Below, piece after piece: positions 17,324 through 32,894 of a DNA stretch of 64,000 nucleotides; within the stretch, counting starts at the first letter, position 1; each line of letters starts with the position of its first letter. The stretch comes from the human T2T-CHM13v2.0 reference genome, Homo sapiens: assembly GCF_009914755.1 (NCBI RefSeq), contig NC_060925.1. The stretch is one strand, 5' to 3'. The position numbers and the translations under genes are program-made. A model generated the notes under the pieces. It saw nothing but the letters and a program-made list of their open reading frames with translations. It ran no database searches and was not told where the DNA came from.

Positions 17324-18750
17324 TTTTTTTTTTTTTTTTAATTGATCATTCTTGGGTGTTTCTCGCAGAGGGGGATTTGGCAGGGTCATAGGACAATAGT
17401 GTAGGGAAGGTCAGCAGATAAACAAGTGAACAAAGGTCTCTGGTTTTCCTAGGCAGAGGACCCTGGGGCCTTCTGCAGTGTTTGTGTCCCTGGGTACTTG
17501 AGATTAGGGAGTGGTGATGACTCTTAACGAGCATGCTGCCTTCAAGCATCTGTTTAACAAAGCACATATTGCGCCGCCCTTAATCCCTTTAACCCTGAGT
17601 GGACACAGCACATGTTTCAGAGAGCACCGGGTTGGGGGTAAGGTCACAGATCAACAGCATCCCAAGGCAGAAGAATTTTTCTTAGTACAGAACAAAATGG
17701 AGTCTCCTATGTCCACTTCTTTCTACACAGACACAGCAACAATCTGATTTCTCTATCTTTTCCCCACATTTCCCCCCTTACTATTCGACAAAACCGCCAT
17801 TGTCATCATGGCCTGCTCTCAATGAGCTGTTGGGTACACCTCCCAGATGGGGTGGCGGCTGGGCAGAGGGTCTCCTCACTTCCCAGAAGGGGTGGCCGGG
17901 CAGAGGCGCCCCCCCACCTCCCGGATGGGGCGGCTGGCCGGGCGGGGGCTGCCCCCCACCTCCCTCCCGAACGGGGCAGCTGGCCGGGTGGGGGCTGCCC
18001 CCCACCTCCCAGACGGGGCGGCTGCCGGGCGGAGACGCTCCTCACTTCCCAGACAGGGCGGCTGCTGGGCGGAGGGGCTCCTCACTTCCCAGACGGGGTG
18101 GCTGCCGGGCGGAGGGGCTCCTCACTTCTCAGACGGGTGGCTGCCGGGCGGAGGGGCTCCTCACTTCTCAGACGGGGCGGCCGGGCAGAGACGCTCCTCA
18201 CCTCCCAGACGGGGTTGTGGCTGGGCAGAGGCGCTCCTCACATCCCAGACGGGGCGGCGGGGCAGAGGCGCTCCCCACATCTCAGACGATGGGCGGCCAG
18301 GCAGAGACGCTCCTCACTTCCCAGACAGGGTGGCGGCCGGGCAGAGGCTGCAATCTCGGCACTTTGGGAGGCCAAGGCAGGCGGCTGGGAGGTGGAGGTT
18401 GTAGCCAGCCGAGATCACGCCACTGCACTCCAGCCTGGGCAACATTGAGCACTGAGTGAACGAGACTCCATCTGCAATCCCAGCACCTCGGGAGGCCAAG
18501 GCTGGCAGATCACTCGCGGTTAGGAGCTGGAGACCAGCCTGGCCAACACAGCGAAACCCCGTCTCCACCAAAAAAATACGAAAACCAGTCAGGCATCGCG
18601 GCGCGCGCCTGCAATTGCAGGCACTCGGCAGGCTGAGGCAGGAGAATGAGGCAGGGAGGTTGCAGTGAGCAGAGATGGGGGCAGTACAGTCCAGCTTGGG
18701 CTCGGCGTCAGAGGGAGACCGTGGGGAGGGGGAGAGGGAGAGGGGGGAGA
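17324..18750 (-). mobile_element. SVA retrotransposon (older B/C-like), ~1.4 kb
   Basis: SINE-R ~17340-17835, GC-rich VNTR ~17835-18345, Alu-like region ~18345-18720, short CCCTCT hexamer region 18721-18750, poly(A) tail. Confidence 0.95.
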
Positions 18751-19109
18751 GTTCTTTTTATATTTTAGATACAAGACCTTTATCAGATGTAGATTTTGCA
18801 AAGATTTTTCAAAAGTAGAGCTTTTAAATTTTGATGTAGTCCAATTTATCAGTTCTTTTGTGGATTATGTTTTTGGTCAAATCTTATAATTCTTTGCCTA
18901 ATTCAAGGTCACAAAGATTTTCTCCTCTGTTTGCATCTAAAAGCTCTGTAGTTTTAGGTTTTACATTTAGGTCTGTGTCCATTTTGAGTTAATTTTTTGT
19001 ATGTGGTGTGAGGCGTGGAACAAAATTCATTTTTTATATACACATATCAGTTGTTCTAACACCATTTGTTGAAAAGACCATCCTGTCTCCACTGTATTGC
19101 TTTTGTATG

Positions 19110-19628
19110 CAGTAGTTGCCCCTTATCTGCTGGGGATGCATTCCAAGACCCCCAGTGGATGCCTAAAACTGTGGATGGTACCAAATTATATATACAATAT
19201 TTTTCTATACATTTATACATACATATGATAAAGTTTAATTTCTAAATTAGGCACAATAAGAGACTAACAATAATAAAATATAACAATTATAACAGTATGT
19301 CAGCATCATTACTCTTGCCCTTTGTGGCCATTAAATAAAATAAGTGTTACTTGAACACAAGCACTGAAGTACCATGATAGCCTGATAACTGAGATGGCTA
19401 CTAAGTGACTAAAGGGTGTTAGTGTTGTTCCCTATACGAAGGGATGATTCTCATCCCAGGCAAAATGGAGCAGGAAGGTGTGAGATTTCACAGTGCTATT
19501 CAGAATGACATGAAAAAATCCCTATGAATTGTTTATTTCTGGAATTTTCTATTTAATATTTTCAGACAGCTGTTGACAATGGTAACCGAAACTGTGGAAA
19601 GTGAAACCATAGTTTAAGGGGGCTATTT
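19110..19628 (+). mobile_element. MER44/Tigger7-derived DNA transposon
   Basis: Terminal cagtag...ccccttatc and reciprocal end; ttccaagacccccagtggatgcct. Confidence 0.8.
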
Positions 19629-19645
19629 TATTTGTCAAAACGTCA

Positions 19646-19972
<327 letters not shown>

Positions 19973-21468
19973 TCATGTATATGTAGGTCTATTTCTTGAT
20001 TACTATAGCTTTAGTAATAGTCTTGAAATCAATTAGCATTGTTCTTATTCCAGCTTTGTTCTTTTTTTTTTTTTTTCAAAGTAGTTTTGTCTATTCTAGG
20101 TCCTTTGCATTTTCTTATGTATTTTGGAATACTCTATCCGTTTCTATAAAAAAAAGCCTGGTAAGATTTTTATTGGGATTGTATTGAATCTCTAGATAAA
20201 TTTGGGGAAAACGTTGACATCTTAATATTTAATCTTTCAACCTGAGAGTAAGGTATATATTTCTCTTTGGTCTTCTTTAATTTCTCTCAGCAGTGTTTTG
20301 TAGTATATGGGTTTTCCACATCTTTAATCAGATTTATTTCTAAGTATTCAATTTTTTTTGATGCTCTTGCAAATGATACTGTCTTTCCATTTCAATTTCC
20401 AATTGTTCATTGCTATTATGCAAAAGTACTATATATATAAAGATTTTTATATATTGATCTTGTGCAAATTTGCTAAACTCACTTTTTAGTTACAGTAGCT
20501 TTTTAAAAATAGATTCCATCAGATTTTCTATATAGACCAAGTGTCATCTGCCAATGAAGACAGTTTTACTTCTACCTTTCCAAGCTGGGTGCCTTTTTAT
20601 TTCTTTTACTTGCCTGGTTACGCTGGGCTGAATCTCTAATGCAATGTTGGGTAGAAGTGGTGTGAGTGGGCATCCCTTGTTTGCTGAGAGTTTTTATTAG
20701 GAGTAAGTAGACATTGGACTTTGTTAGGTGCTTTTTTCATATTTATTGAGATGATCATATAGCTTTTCTCTTTTAGTTTGTTAATGTGGCGAATTACATT
20801 GATTTTCACATGTTAAATTGACCCTGCATTCCTAGGAGAAACCCCACTTGGTCATTACATATCCTTTTTATATGTTGTTGAATTAGATTTGCTAAAATTG
20901 TATTAGAATTTTTACATCTGTATTTATATGGGATATTGTTCTCTAGAAGTCTTATAATGTCTTTGTCTTGTTTTGGTATCAGGGTAATGTTTACCTCATA
21001 GAATGAGGTAAACTAATGAAAAGAAAGAATTCTTTTCATTAGTGCGGAAGAGTTTGTATATATCTGGTATTATTCTTTTTAACTGTTTGGTAGAATCCAC
21101 TAATAAAGTCATCTGGACCTGGAACTTTCTTCATGGGAAGATTTTAATAGGATTGTTTAGGTTATCTGTTTTTTCTTGAGTGAACTCTTGATAGTTGGTA
21201 TCTTTCAAGGAATTTGTCTATTTAATTAAAATTGTCAAATTTATTGGCTTAAAGTTATTTATAATATTTCCTTATTATCCTTTACATAGTGATAGAAGCT
21301 ATAGCCTTGTCAACTCTCACATTCCTGATATTGGCCATTTGTGTTGTCTTCGTTCCCTTCCTCCTCCTTCTCATCCTTCTCTAGCATCATCATTATCAGT
21401 CTGGTTAGAGATCTATCAATTTTACTGTCTTAGTCATTTCCTTGATTTTTCTCTCATATTTTTTCCCT

Positions 21469-21816
<348 letters not shown>

Positions 21817-22772
21817 CCTGTTTTCTTTTTAATTGATTTCCTCTTCGATTGTTACTATTTTCTTCCTTCTTTCTTTGAGTTAATTTCCTCTTTTTCTAGT
21901 TTTTTTTTTAAAGTGGAAAATGTATTTCTGTTGCGACCCTTTTCTGTTGTTTGGCAATTTTAATCAGTGTTTTTGAAGAGAATGCTGATATACAGTAGTA
22001 TGCTATTTAGAATCAATTTAGTTTATTAGCTGGAAAGAATAGCTGATATTCTGGAATGTTAGAATCCAAGAAGCTAAGATGGTAGCCTAAATATATTAAG
22101 ATGTGGGCTAATTAAGAAAAATCTCAAATTCTCTGCTCAATACCAAAAAATCATTTAGGAAAATATGGGAAAAGGGAGAACAAGATTTTTAGTGCAGTAT
22201 TGGTTAAATGTAGGCAGTAGCATCCAAAGTGCCTGGTTTGGATACTACTAAGTATATGGTTGTTTGAATGTAATATAGCCCCAGATAATCTAATCTGATG
22301 AAAATATTAATGTAAATAAAGTGTTCAGAAATAAGGAAGGTAATTATCTCACACTTCTTTACTGAATAGGCTACCTCAGGAATCTTGTATTTATTTATGA
22401 GCGTCACTCTGCTGGGTTTAGACACACTAGAATTCTGTTGGCCAGAGTAGGCAAATTTGTAAGTGGACAGACCATGCTATAACGAATCTTGGACTCATAG
22501 AATCTTAGAATGGATAAGGATCTTAGAGATTGCCTTATTTTTTATCATAGGAAACCAAAGCCAGGAGCTGTCTATTGGTTTATCCAGTGTTACACAAATA
22601 ATTGGTGACAGTGTTGAAGATTGGATTTTCAGTTTCTGGAGGGCATTTCAGCATTCTTTCCACTGAACCATCTTGTCATCAAAATATAGTTCAGAAGAAG
22701 ATTATAGGAGGTCTTGAAATTATCTGTATGGGAAAAGGTCAATGATCAACAATCAAGAGTTACAGAGAAGTT

Positions 22773-23085
<313 letters not shown>

Positions 23086-23239
23086 GAGAAGTTGTTTTAA
23101 TGAAAGCTTCTTGAGCTATGTATGTGGCTCTCAATTCTTGGAGGTAGCCATCAAGGGAGTGGACAATCCCTAGAGTGGAATGTCATATAATAGATAGATC
23201 CATGTATCAGATAAACTTTGGGCTATATCAGCTACAGAG

Positions 23240-23547
<308 letters not shown>

Positions 23548-24040
23548 TAACCTGTTTTGGTATCATCACTTTTCTTTATTGTTTACCTATTTTGTATTTT
23601 ATTGATATCCACTCTTTATTATTTCCTTGCTCTGTGCTCTTTGGGTTTAATTTATCCTGCCTTTTCTGGTTTTTAAAAGTATAAGCTTTTGTCTCTGCTA
23701 AAATCTCTGTTGCTTTATTTTTGGCTCTTACCATCAGCCCTCTGCAGGTATAAATTTCAGGTTCTAAACTTCACACCTGATTGTCAAATTGGTAATGTTC
23801 TAGGCTAAGTGTCTTCAGAAAGTAAGTTCACCTCTCTTAAGATTCTTCCCCTCTGGAATTAGGTCTTTTACCTCTAGTTTTTGCTCTTTCAGCAGCTATT
23901 TGCTACCTTGAAACAAATGACTTAGGTATATTATTCAGTTTTCTGTTTGTTTAACTTGTAGGTGGTAGTTGGCCTCCAGGTCCTCCTTCTTGCCTGGAAG
24001 TGAACCCTCCTTAAATGGATTATTTTTCAATATTCAGTAA

Positions 24041-24405
<365 letters not shown>

Positions 24406-24794
24406 CTAATTTTCTTTTGAAGTTAGTTCTCTTAATTGAATAGGAGAATGTCATAGGCATAAAATTTAAGAAGACTGTTTTTTAAAACCTGTCATGCTGT
24501 TCTTGTGGAGGACCAAAATATACGAGATGAATGATAATATAGTTAGGAGGATTTGGAGCTGATTGAACAACTTATAACCAAAGAGTATTGACAGATTAGT
24601 GGCAGCCAAAAGTGTTTTTTTTCTGAACATGTACCTCAGAACTACCTGGGGATTGCTAAAAATATGCAAATACCGAGATCCCAGTCTATATCTCCTACAT
24701 CAGAATCTTGGGTGTGGATTGGGAAATATTATTTTCAAAATATGTTTTTAGAGTCTGTGATGGAAACTTCTGGCTAAGAATGATGAATTAAATT

Positions 24795-24964
24795 TAGTGG
24801 CACGCTGGAACTGTCTCACACAAGATTATGATAATTGTCTTTATCTCTTCTCAACCCTGTGTTCACTGCTGGTAGCTTGAAATTGGCCATGATAGGAGTA
24901 TTTACACTATAGAAATTGGCAAACCTGCCCACCACCCCAGGAAACATTTTCTAGCACACTACTA
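24795..24964 (+). mobile_element. MER63A-like hAT MITE
   Basis: ggtagcttgaaattggccatgataggagtatttacac...aaacattttctagcacacta. Confidence 0.75.
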
Positions 24965-25044
24965 TTAGGTTGGTACAAAAGTAATTGTGTTTTTTGTCAT
25001 TGAAAGTAATGGCAAAAACCGCAATTACTTTTGCACCAACCCAA
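24965..25044. mobile_element. MADE1 (Hsmar1 MITE), 80-bp palindrome
   Basis: TIRs ttaggttggtacaaaagtaattg...caattacttttgcaccaacccaa, flanked by TA at 24963-64 and 25045-46. Confidence 0.95.
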
Positions 25045-25658
25045 TAGTTACATTTAATAGAATTGAATAGATATGAAGTTTAAAAAAATCTGTAGGATAG
25101 AAGAATGGTAGCATGATTACAGTTAATATAATCTAAGGGTTTAGCTGTTTCTTTGGTATGAGCCAGTAATAAGATACAACTTTAAAAAACATTAATGCTA
25201 TGTATTAAGTTTTATACAGCAAAAAAAGGTGGTAGTACTACTGTGCAGAGCATTAATCAGACTGTCCTTTTCTGGAGTATTGGGTATTGATGATAGGTGC
25301 TGTGTTTTTAAAAGGTCACTGAACTTTTCTAGAAATGAGCCATCAATACATGGGAATGGGTTTGAAAATTGTTGTAAAGATAATGATTGAAGAAAAGTTT
25401 AACATAGAGTACTTAGGGGATACTTCATAGCTCTGATAATGAACAAAAATTAGAATCATTTTATGTGACCACATAAAATAGTATTTGGACCAGTGGGTAT
25501 GGAGTGGCAAATTTCGCTTGTTAGAACTTTCACGTAGTTAAATTTGCCCCCAAATAAAATTGTTGGAGATGTCATTAAATTTTGGAATTGAATGTTATGT
25601 AGCTACCACATAGGGACATTAGGGAGAATTTTTGCATTTGGCAAGAAGAGGACTAGAT

Positions 25659-26140
<482 letters not shown>

Positions 26141-26699
26141 ATTATAATGTATTTTCCAAATTAATTTTACAACATAATTCTGACCATTCAATGGTAACGC
26201 TTTGTTTTCCTGGAACAGATTTTGAATGATCTGCATTTGTAAAATACATAGAAAACCTGGGATATATAAATACCAAGGAAATGTACAGACATAGATTTAT
26301 TGAACCTGAGAACAGAGATTCTAATTCTGGAAACACTAGTTAAATGTTTATGTGATAATTTCATAATGATTATCAGTAATTTATTTAAAGTCCAATATGA
26401 TTAAATAAAAATGCATTTTAAAAATTTATGAAACAATAAAGAAAAAAGTTGGAAGTATATTTAGAATTTTATTTCTTAGGATTAAAATGTGACTGATGAT
26501 ATTGGCATCAGTTGATGACATTGGCAAAATGTTAATAATTGTTGAAGCAGAGCATTGGACATGTTGGGGCTTAGAATATTATTCTCTGTACTTTTTGCTT
26601 TATTAGTTTTGAAATTTCAATAAAAAGTTGACCTTTGTTCTTGCAGCAATTTAAAGATGCTATTCTGTTGCTTTCTGGCTTTGGTATTTTCTTTTTTCC

Positions 26700-26855
26700 G
26701 CCTTCTTTTATTTTTAGTTGATACTTAATAATTGTACATATTTGTGGGGTACAGAGTGATATTTAGATACATGTATGCAATGTGTAATGATCAAATCAGG
26801 ATAGTTGGGTTATCTGTTACTTTAAACGTTTTATCACTTCTTTGTGTTGCGAGCA
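26700..26855 (-). mobile_element. L1MA 3'-end fragment
   Basis: aattgtacatatttgtggggtacagagtgatatt...tgtgtaatgatcaaatcagg. Confidence 0.8.
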
Positions 26856-27600
26856 TCTTAAAAAATCACACATTTAAATTAGCTGTAATGTAGAGAAAAT
26901 GATTAGATAAATAATAATCCTACCTTACATAAACTGTTCAGTCATTTCATCTCATTTTAAGTTAGATGCTCTTAAGTATTCTCTTTTGAGCAAATAAAAC
27001 ACTGGACTTATAACAGGATCTGACATATCTGAAAGATAAGATTGGATGGGTATGTTAGGGCTCTGTCTAGTAGACCAAAATGTTTGAATTTGATATTTAA
27101 TGAATATTGATGTGTTTTAGCATCTTTCTAATTTTTTTTTCTTGGGGATTAGTAGAGCCAAAATATTTAGAATGGTTTACAACAAGGTAAGTGGTTCTGA
27201 CAGAAAGAAGAAAAGCAGGGAGCAGGGCCGGGGGCGTGGGGGTGGTGTTACGAGATAGGAGAGGGGATGCTTTTAAAAAAGAAGGTGGTAATAAAGTTCA
27301 TTGGGTTATCTTTCAGTAATTATTAAAAATAAAAAATAATTAAACCAAGGCAGAGTGCCTTGGAGAATAAACCTGATTATGAGGGATGGCAAATGTAATA
27401 ATATATTGACAAAGGGTAGAATTTCTAGACTTTCAAATTCCATTGTCTTAAAACAGTTGGTAATGTGACAGTTCTTTAGCCTTTTTGGAAGTTTTGCTTT
27501 TTTGGTAGAGATACAACATAAAAGACTTGAGGAAATAGGTCATGGTAATTATCTGTCATCCAGTAAAAGAAATTTGAAAATCATTGATGTAAAGCAGCAT

Positions 27601-27645
27601 TTATAAATTGATGAATTAGAGTAATTATAAATTGATGAATTAGAG
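27601..27645. repeat. 24-bp-period tandem duplication (TTATAAATTGATGAATTAGAG x2)
   Basis: Two exact 21-mers at 27601 and 27625. Confidence 0.95.
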
Positions 27646-27696
27646 ATATGGTTTTATATGGCATGAAAAATGAATATTATAATTTAATATATTACT

Positions 27697-27882
27697 AGAG
27701 TAGCGATTTTCAAAGTGTGGTTCTTAGACCAACAGCATCACCTGGGTACTTGTTATAAATGCTAATTCTTGGACCTCACCCCAGATCTACTAAATCAGAA
27801 ACTTCTGGGGTGGGGCCTGGCTATCGGTGTTTTAACGAGGTCTTCAGGGGATTTGAATGCATGCTTAAGTTTGGAAACCATG
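27697..27882. mobile_element. MER5A MITE
   Basis: caaagtgtgg...cagcatcacctggg...cccagatctactaaatcagaaact...aagtttggaaacca. Confidence 0.85.
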
Positions 27883-28065
27883 GATTTAGAATACTATTGC
27901 CTTTTGTTGTACCAGCCAATAAATTAAATTTTGTGTATGCTTTCTATTCAAGAGTTATGTGCCCTTATCATGCCTTTATATATATCTCCATATCAGTATG
28001 TATAAAAGAATCAGAGGGTAAAATGAGAGCCTTTTGTGGTTAAATGTCATTCAAATTTAGAAGGA

Positions 28066-28350
<285 letters not shown>

Positions 28351-28723
28351 TCTAGAAGGAAATTCTCCCATTTTACACTGACATTGGTGAAATCCAGGTT
28401 GAATATTAGTGTTTTAAATAAATTTATCATATCATTTTTTCTTTTTGGTGCCATTTGTTGACATTTAGCTAACAAGTCTGAGAGTGTTAGATTTGACAGA
28501 CTGTGGGTTGACTCAGGTGGTTGTTCTTAATTGGTCTGGAATGTCAGTTGACATAAAATATTAAAGTAAGTTTTGAGAAAAGGGAAGAAAGAAATTGTAC
28601 CTGCCTTGGATTTGAGCCAGGATTGAAACCGTCATTTTACTCCTGGCTATGTGGTTCATGGTTTGAAAGTCATTGTCCTACTATATGTAAAACATGTCTT
28701 TCTAAAATTTACATTTTGTTATA

Positions 28724-29092
28724 CAGTTGACCCTTGAGCAACATAGATGTGATCTGTGCAGGTCTACTTATATTGGATTTCCTTTCACCTCTGCCACCCT
28801 TGAGATGGCAAGACCAACCTCCCATTTTACTCTTCCTCCTTTTCCTCAGCATATTCAATGTGAAGTCATTGAGGATAAAGATTTTTATAGTAACCACTTC
28901 CACTTAATTAATAGTAAATATATTTTTCTTACGACTTTCTTTTCTCTAGCTTATTTTATTGTAAGAATACAGTATATAATACATGAAACATACAAAATAT
29001 GTGTTAATCGACTGTTTATGTTACTACTAAGGCTTCTGGTCAGCAGAAGGGTATTAGTAGTTAAGTTTTTGGAGAGTCAAAAGATGTACGTA
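28724..29092 (+). mobile_element. Tigger2a-like element, 3' end missing
   Basis: TA+cagttgacccttga start; internal ctctgccacccttgagatggcaagaccaacc; no 3' TIR found. Confidence 0.85.
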
Positions 29093-29093
29093 A

Positions 29094-29329
29094 GGCCAGG
29101 CTTGGTGGCTCCTGCCTGTAATCCCACCACTTTGAGAGGCTGAGGTTGGCGAATTGCTTGAGCTCAGGAGTTGAAAACCATCCTGGGCAAGGTGGTGAAA
29201 CTTCGTGTCTACAAAAAATAGAAAAAAAAAATTAGTCATGTGTGGTGGTGTGTGCCTGTATTCCCAGTTACTCTAGAGGCTGAGATGGGAGGATGGCTTG
29301 AGCCTGGGAGGTCAAGGCTGCAGTGAGCC
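29094..29329 (+). mobile_element. Alu (AluJ), 3'-truncated at fusion junction
   Basis: Ends at gaggtcaaggctgcagtgagcc; no tail. Confidence 0.9.
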
Positions 29330-29506
29330 TCCCAAGTAGCTGGGATTACAGGAGCCCGCCACCACACCCGGCTAATTTTTGTATTTTTAGTAGTGACAGG
29401 GTTTCGCCATCTTGGTCAGGCTGGTCTTGAACTCCTGACCTCGTGATCTACCCGCCTTGGCCTCCCAAAGTGCTGGGATTACAGACATGAGCCACCGCGC
29501 CCGGCC
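29326..29506 (-). mobile_element. Alu (AluS), 3'-truncated, fused to the sense AluJ
   Basis: Begins at agcctcccaagtagc and ends ccggcc; no tail. Confidence 0.9.
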
Positions 29507-31379
29507 CTTAAAATGTTACTTTAAATTAACATACACACTCAGTTATATGTTTTGATTTTATTTAGAACTTTCATTTTAAGACAAGACTAAGTGAAATTGT
29601 AGAAATTAGTTGAGAAATGAGACTGTGCATTTCATATTGGCCTGTGGTGTAAAATGATCTGACATATAATGAAACTTAGTTGAATACAAATGTTATTTTA
29701 TCAGTTTTGTTTTTATCTGATAAGTTAATTTATAGTTATTAACCTTGATTTGACTGTCCTTTTGAAAAATCTTGCCTAAGAAAACTAAATGATCATCAAA
29801 ACACTGGTCTTAAAATAGAGTTCAGGCTGTTTTTTAGCTTGATACAGTTGTCTCTCTTGCTTTGCTTTCCTTCTGAAATGATGTTTCCATTTTGGGGACT
29901 GGGAAGAGCATGATTATTTATAGACTAGTGTGTTTTGGACAGGTGGTATGTTTACACAGATCAGTGGAATTATTTGTCCCCCAAGACCTTTAATATGAAT
30001 GCATTTCATTTTATCACTTTTTGTAATTAAAAGAGCAAAATAATTATGTGGGTGAGTAGAGAACATCGTCTTTAATTTTGTATGTTAATGCAGCAGGTGT
30101 CCACTATATATTAGGAATTTTTCAGAGATTTGGGGTTACCGATAAACCACATAGCTTTGTCATTGAAAAATTTTAAAGACCATTTTTGTATCTTCTTACA
30201 GAGCATACAACTTACAAATATCTCTCTGTCCTCCCCGTTTCGGCTTTGTTTGATAGAAGTGTTCTAGGGAGTCAAACCCTGTAGAAAATTGGAGCATTCA
30301 TACATTGCTGAAACTTTCTATATTACATTTTATATTTTAAAAATTAAAGTTATAAAGTAACCATTAGCAATACTGCATAACAGAAACTTTACAACTTAAA
30401 ATACTTCTGAAATTTAGCATGTGCACATATTTTTGAGATTTACAACTATTGTTATATTAATTATGTAGGTAACGTCAAAGTTATATACTCCAATTATTAT
30501 ACCAGGGCCTTTTTTGCCATAAAAGGTACCAAATCAAAGCATCAAATGAAATTCTTTCAGTCAATCTATATATGTTAGCAGTTTTCTCTAGTAAAACTCT
30601 ACATAAAGAACTGCTTTCTTCCTTATAGCAGGAACTACTTTCATTTTATTCCTTTTTGAGAGCCCCTGCCTCTTGAGAAAATGCTTCCCATCTGGTTAGA
30701 GACTAGATGACATAATATAGTCCCATTCAGAAAGATATTGATAATAAAATAGTCTCTTCCTTTTCTCTTCCCTTACCTGTCTTCAACTCTTCTGGAACCT
30801 CCTCTCTGTCCTTTATCTGTTATGCCCTGGTGATCCAGAGCCATCTTAATTTTAAAATTCTCCATCATATTTTTTATTATATTGAATTAACAATTCATTC
30901 TAGGGTCATCCAGATACATCATTTACCAGGAGAAGCAGTTAGCTTGCCTCTTGAGATATTTGGCCGTTTCATTATTGTGTCACATGGTTGAAAACCTTTC
31001 TTTTTGGATGTTGTATATGACCATTAGTGCTTTTCAGTCTTTTCTGTTCTTACAGTTCATATTTTTACCTTTCTTTTTGCAAACAAAGATGGAGAGAAGA
31101 GTAAATTAAATACTCTTCTGAATATGTTAATACTTAGTTTAATAAAAAACCAGAATTACATCCCAATTTCTGGAGATGAGAAGGTAGTCAAAAAAATGAG
31201 TAAGCTATGGTCCTATAGGGGAGAGAATAGATTAGAATACTTATCTAATGTGAGACACATGTTCTAAAAGAAAAGAGAATCAAGTGCTGTCAGAATAAAA
31301 AGGTGGCATACTGACTTGAGGTGAGTTTGGGATATCAAAGAATATCTAGAGGAGGTGACCTTTGAGCAGGGCCTTGAAG

Positions 31380-31655
31380 CAGGGCCAACTTACCCATTAA
31401 GCACAGTAAGCACAGTGCCTTGGGCCGATGCTATTTATAGCAGCCCATAAAATTCACTTTAATTTTAATTAATTTTTACAGGAGAAAAAATGAGTATAAT
31501 AGTAATGAATAATGAATCCAGCCTGAATTATATTTGTCTTCATATTAATGAAGTTGTAAAATATAATTTTTAATATACAGTATTTTTAAATGGAGGAAGT
31601 GACTTACAGAGGCAAAAGTGCCTGGGACTTGGAAAAGTCGTAATGTAAACTGCCT
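31380..31655. mobile_element. MER96-like hAT MITE
   Basis: cagggcc...cccattaagcacagtaagcacagtgccttgggcc ... ggcaaaagtgcctggg; family name from memory. Confidence 0.55.
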
Positions 31656-32894
31656 ATAAAGTTAAGTAAGGGTTTGTGGGTGTAAGGGGCTAAAGTTGGC
31701 AAAATGTTAAGTAAGAAATTGATAATTAAACAACAAATTCATTTTAAGGAGTTAAATATATATGGTTTCTTTTCCACGTGTTGCCACTCATTGAAGCACA
31801 ACAATGACCAGATAAACGTTATTTAGCTAGAACTAATAACACTTGATATGCTGAGCAAGAAAGATGCCTTCAGTCAATGAAAAAGTCATTGTATTGAGAG
31901 GTAATATCTGCTTTAATATTTCCTCAGTTATCAATTTAATATTAATTTGTAAATATTATAAGATGTATACATCATTGGTAACAGAAACATAGTTAAAATG
32001 TGGTGGTATGGAGAATATATTTTTGATTCTAAGAAGTGCTGCAATTTTTTGTTTCCACAAACCCGTCGCCATAAAACTCATACCATAGCATAGAATGAAC
32101 CTCCATGGTGAAACAAGGATTGAACATTTCAGACCTTAACTTTATTCATGGTTATAAACAATAACAAAGTCTATAGGTGGTACTGAGTAAGGATCCCTAA
32201 AGGTATCGTACACATTCAAAGTGTAAGTTAGCAATACTGAGGCTTCCCTTTCTCAAAGGGTAATCTGTGAGGCATCTGGAGATTCTGGTTAAAAATCTTA
32301 ACCATACCCAAGATTTATTGTAGCATCATTTTAGTGGATACATCCTGGAATAATGTGCATTTTAAATGTTATTTTTAAGGACTCAAAAGTTGGAGAACCA
32401 GTAAGATAGTGTGAATTTTTTTTGAAGATCTGACTAATCTTCCTGATGAAGGACACTGAGAGAGTATAGGGACAGGGAGTAAAGGGTAAAAATTTGGGGG
32501 AAAAAAAGGATGTGGAGTGATTTAGTGGTAGGTGAACACTATTGCACTATCACCCTGACATGAATAAAAAAGCCCCATCTCTATCCATTAATCTTTTATG
32601 ACTTCCAAACCTTTCTAGTATTGTTGTACTTAATTATTTTTTATCCTTCACTGTTTGGCTTTGCTTCCCTCAGCTGAATTATAAGCTAATTAAAGAGAAA
32701 CATATTTTTGCATTCTCTTGCAAAAGACTACACATAGTAACTGCTTAAACTGATTTTACTGAATAAGAACAAATTCACCGAAGTCTCATTGAACTTACCT
32801 AGATATACTATCTCTCATTTTAACACTTTTGTTGTAAGTAAATCTGAATTTCCCCTGGCATCTCTTGCTTTAAGAGGGGATACTGCAAAGTAGC

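Noticed and set aside
17781-18889. Overlapping 70-219 aa GC-rich ORFs
   Set aside because: They are translations of the SVA VNTR and Alu-like region, where stop codons are rare; repetitive peptides, not genes.
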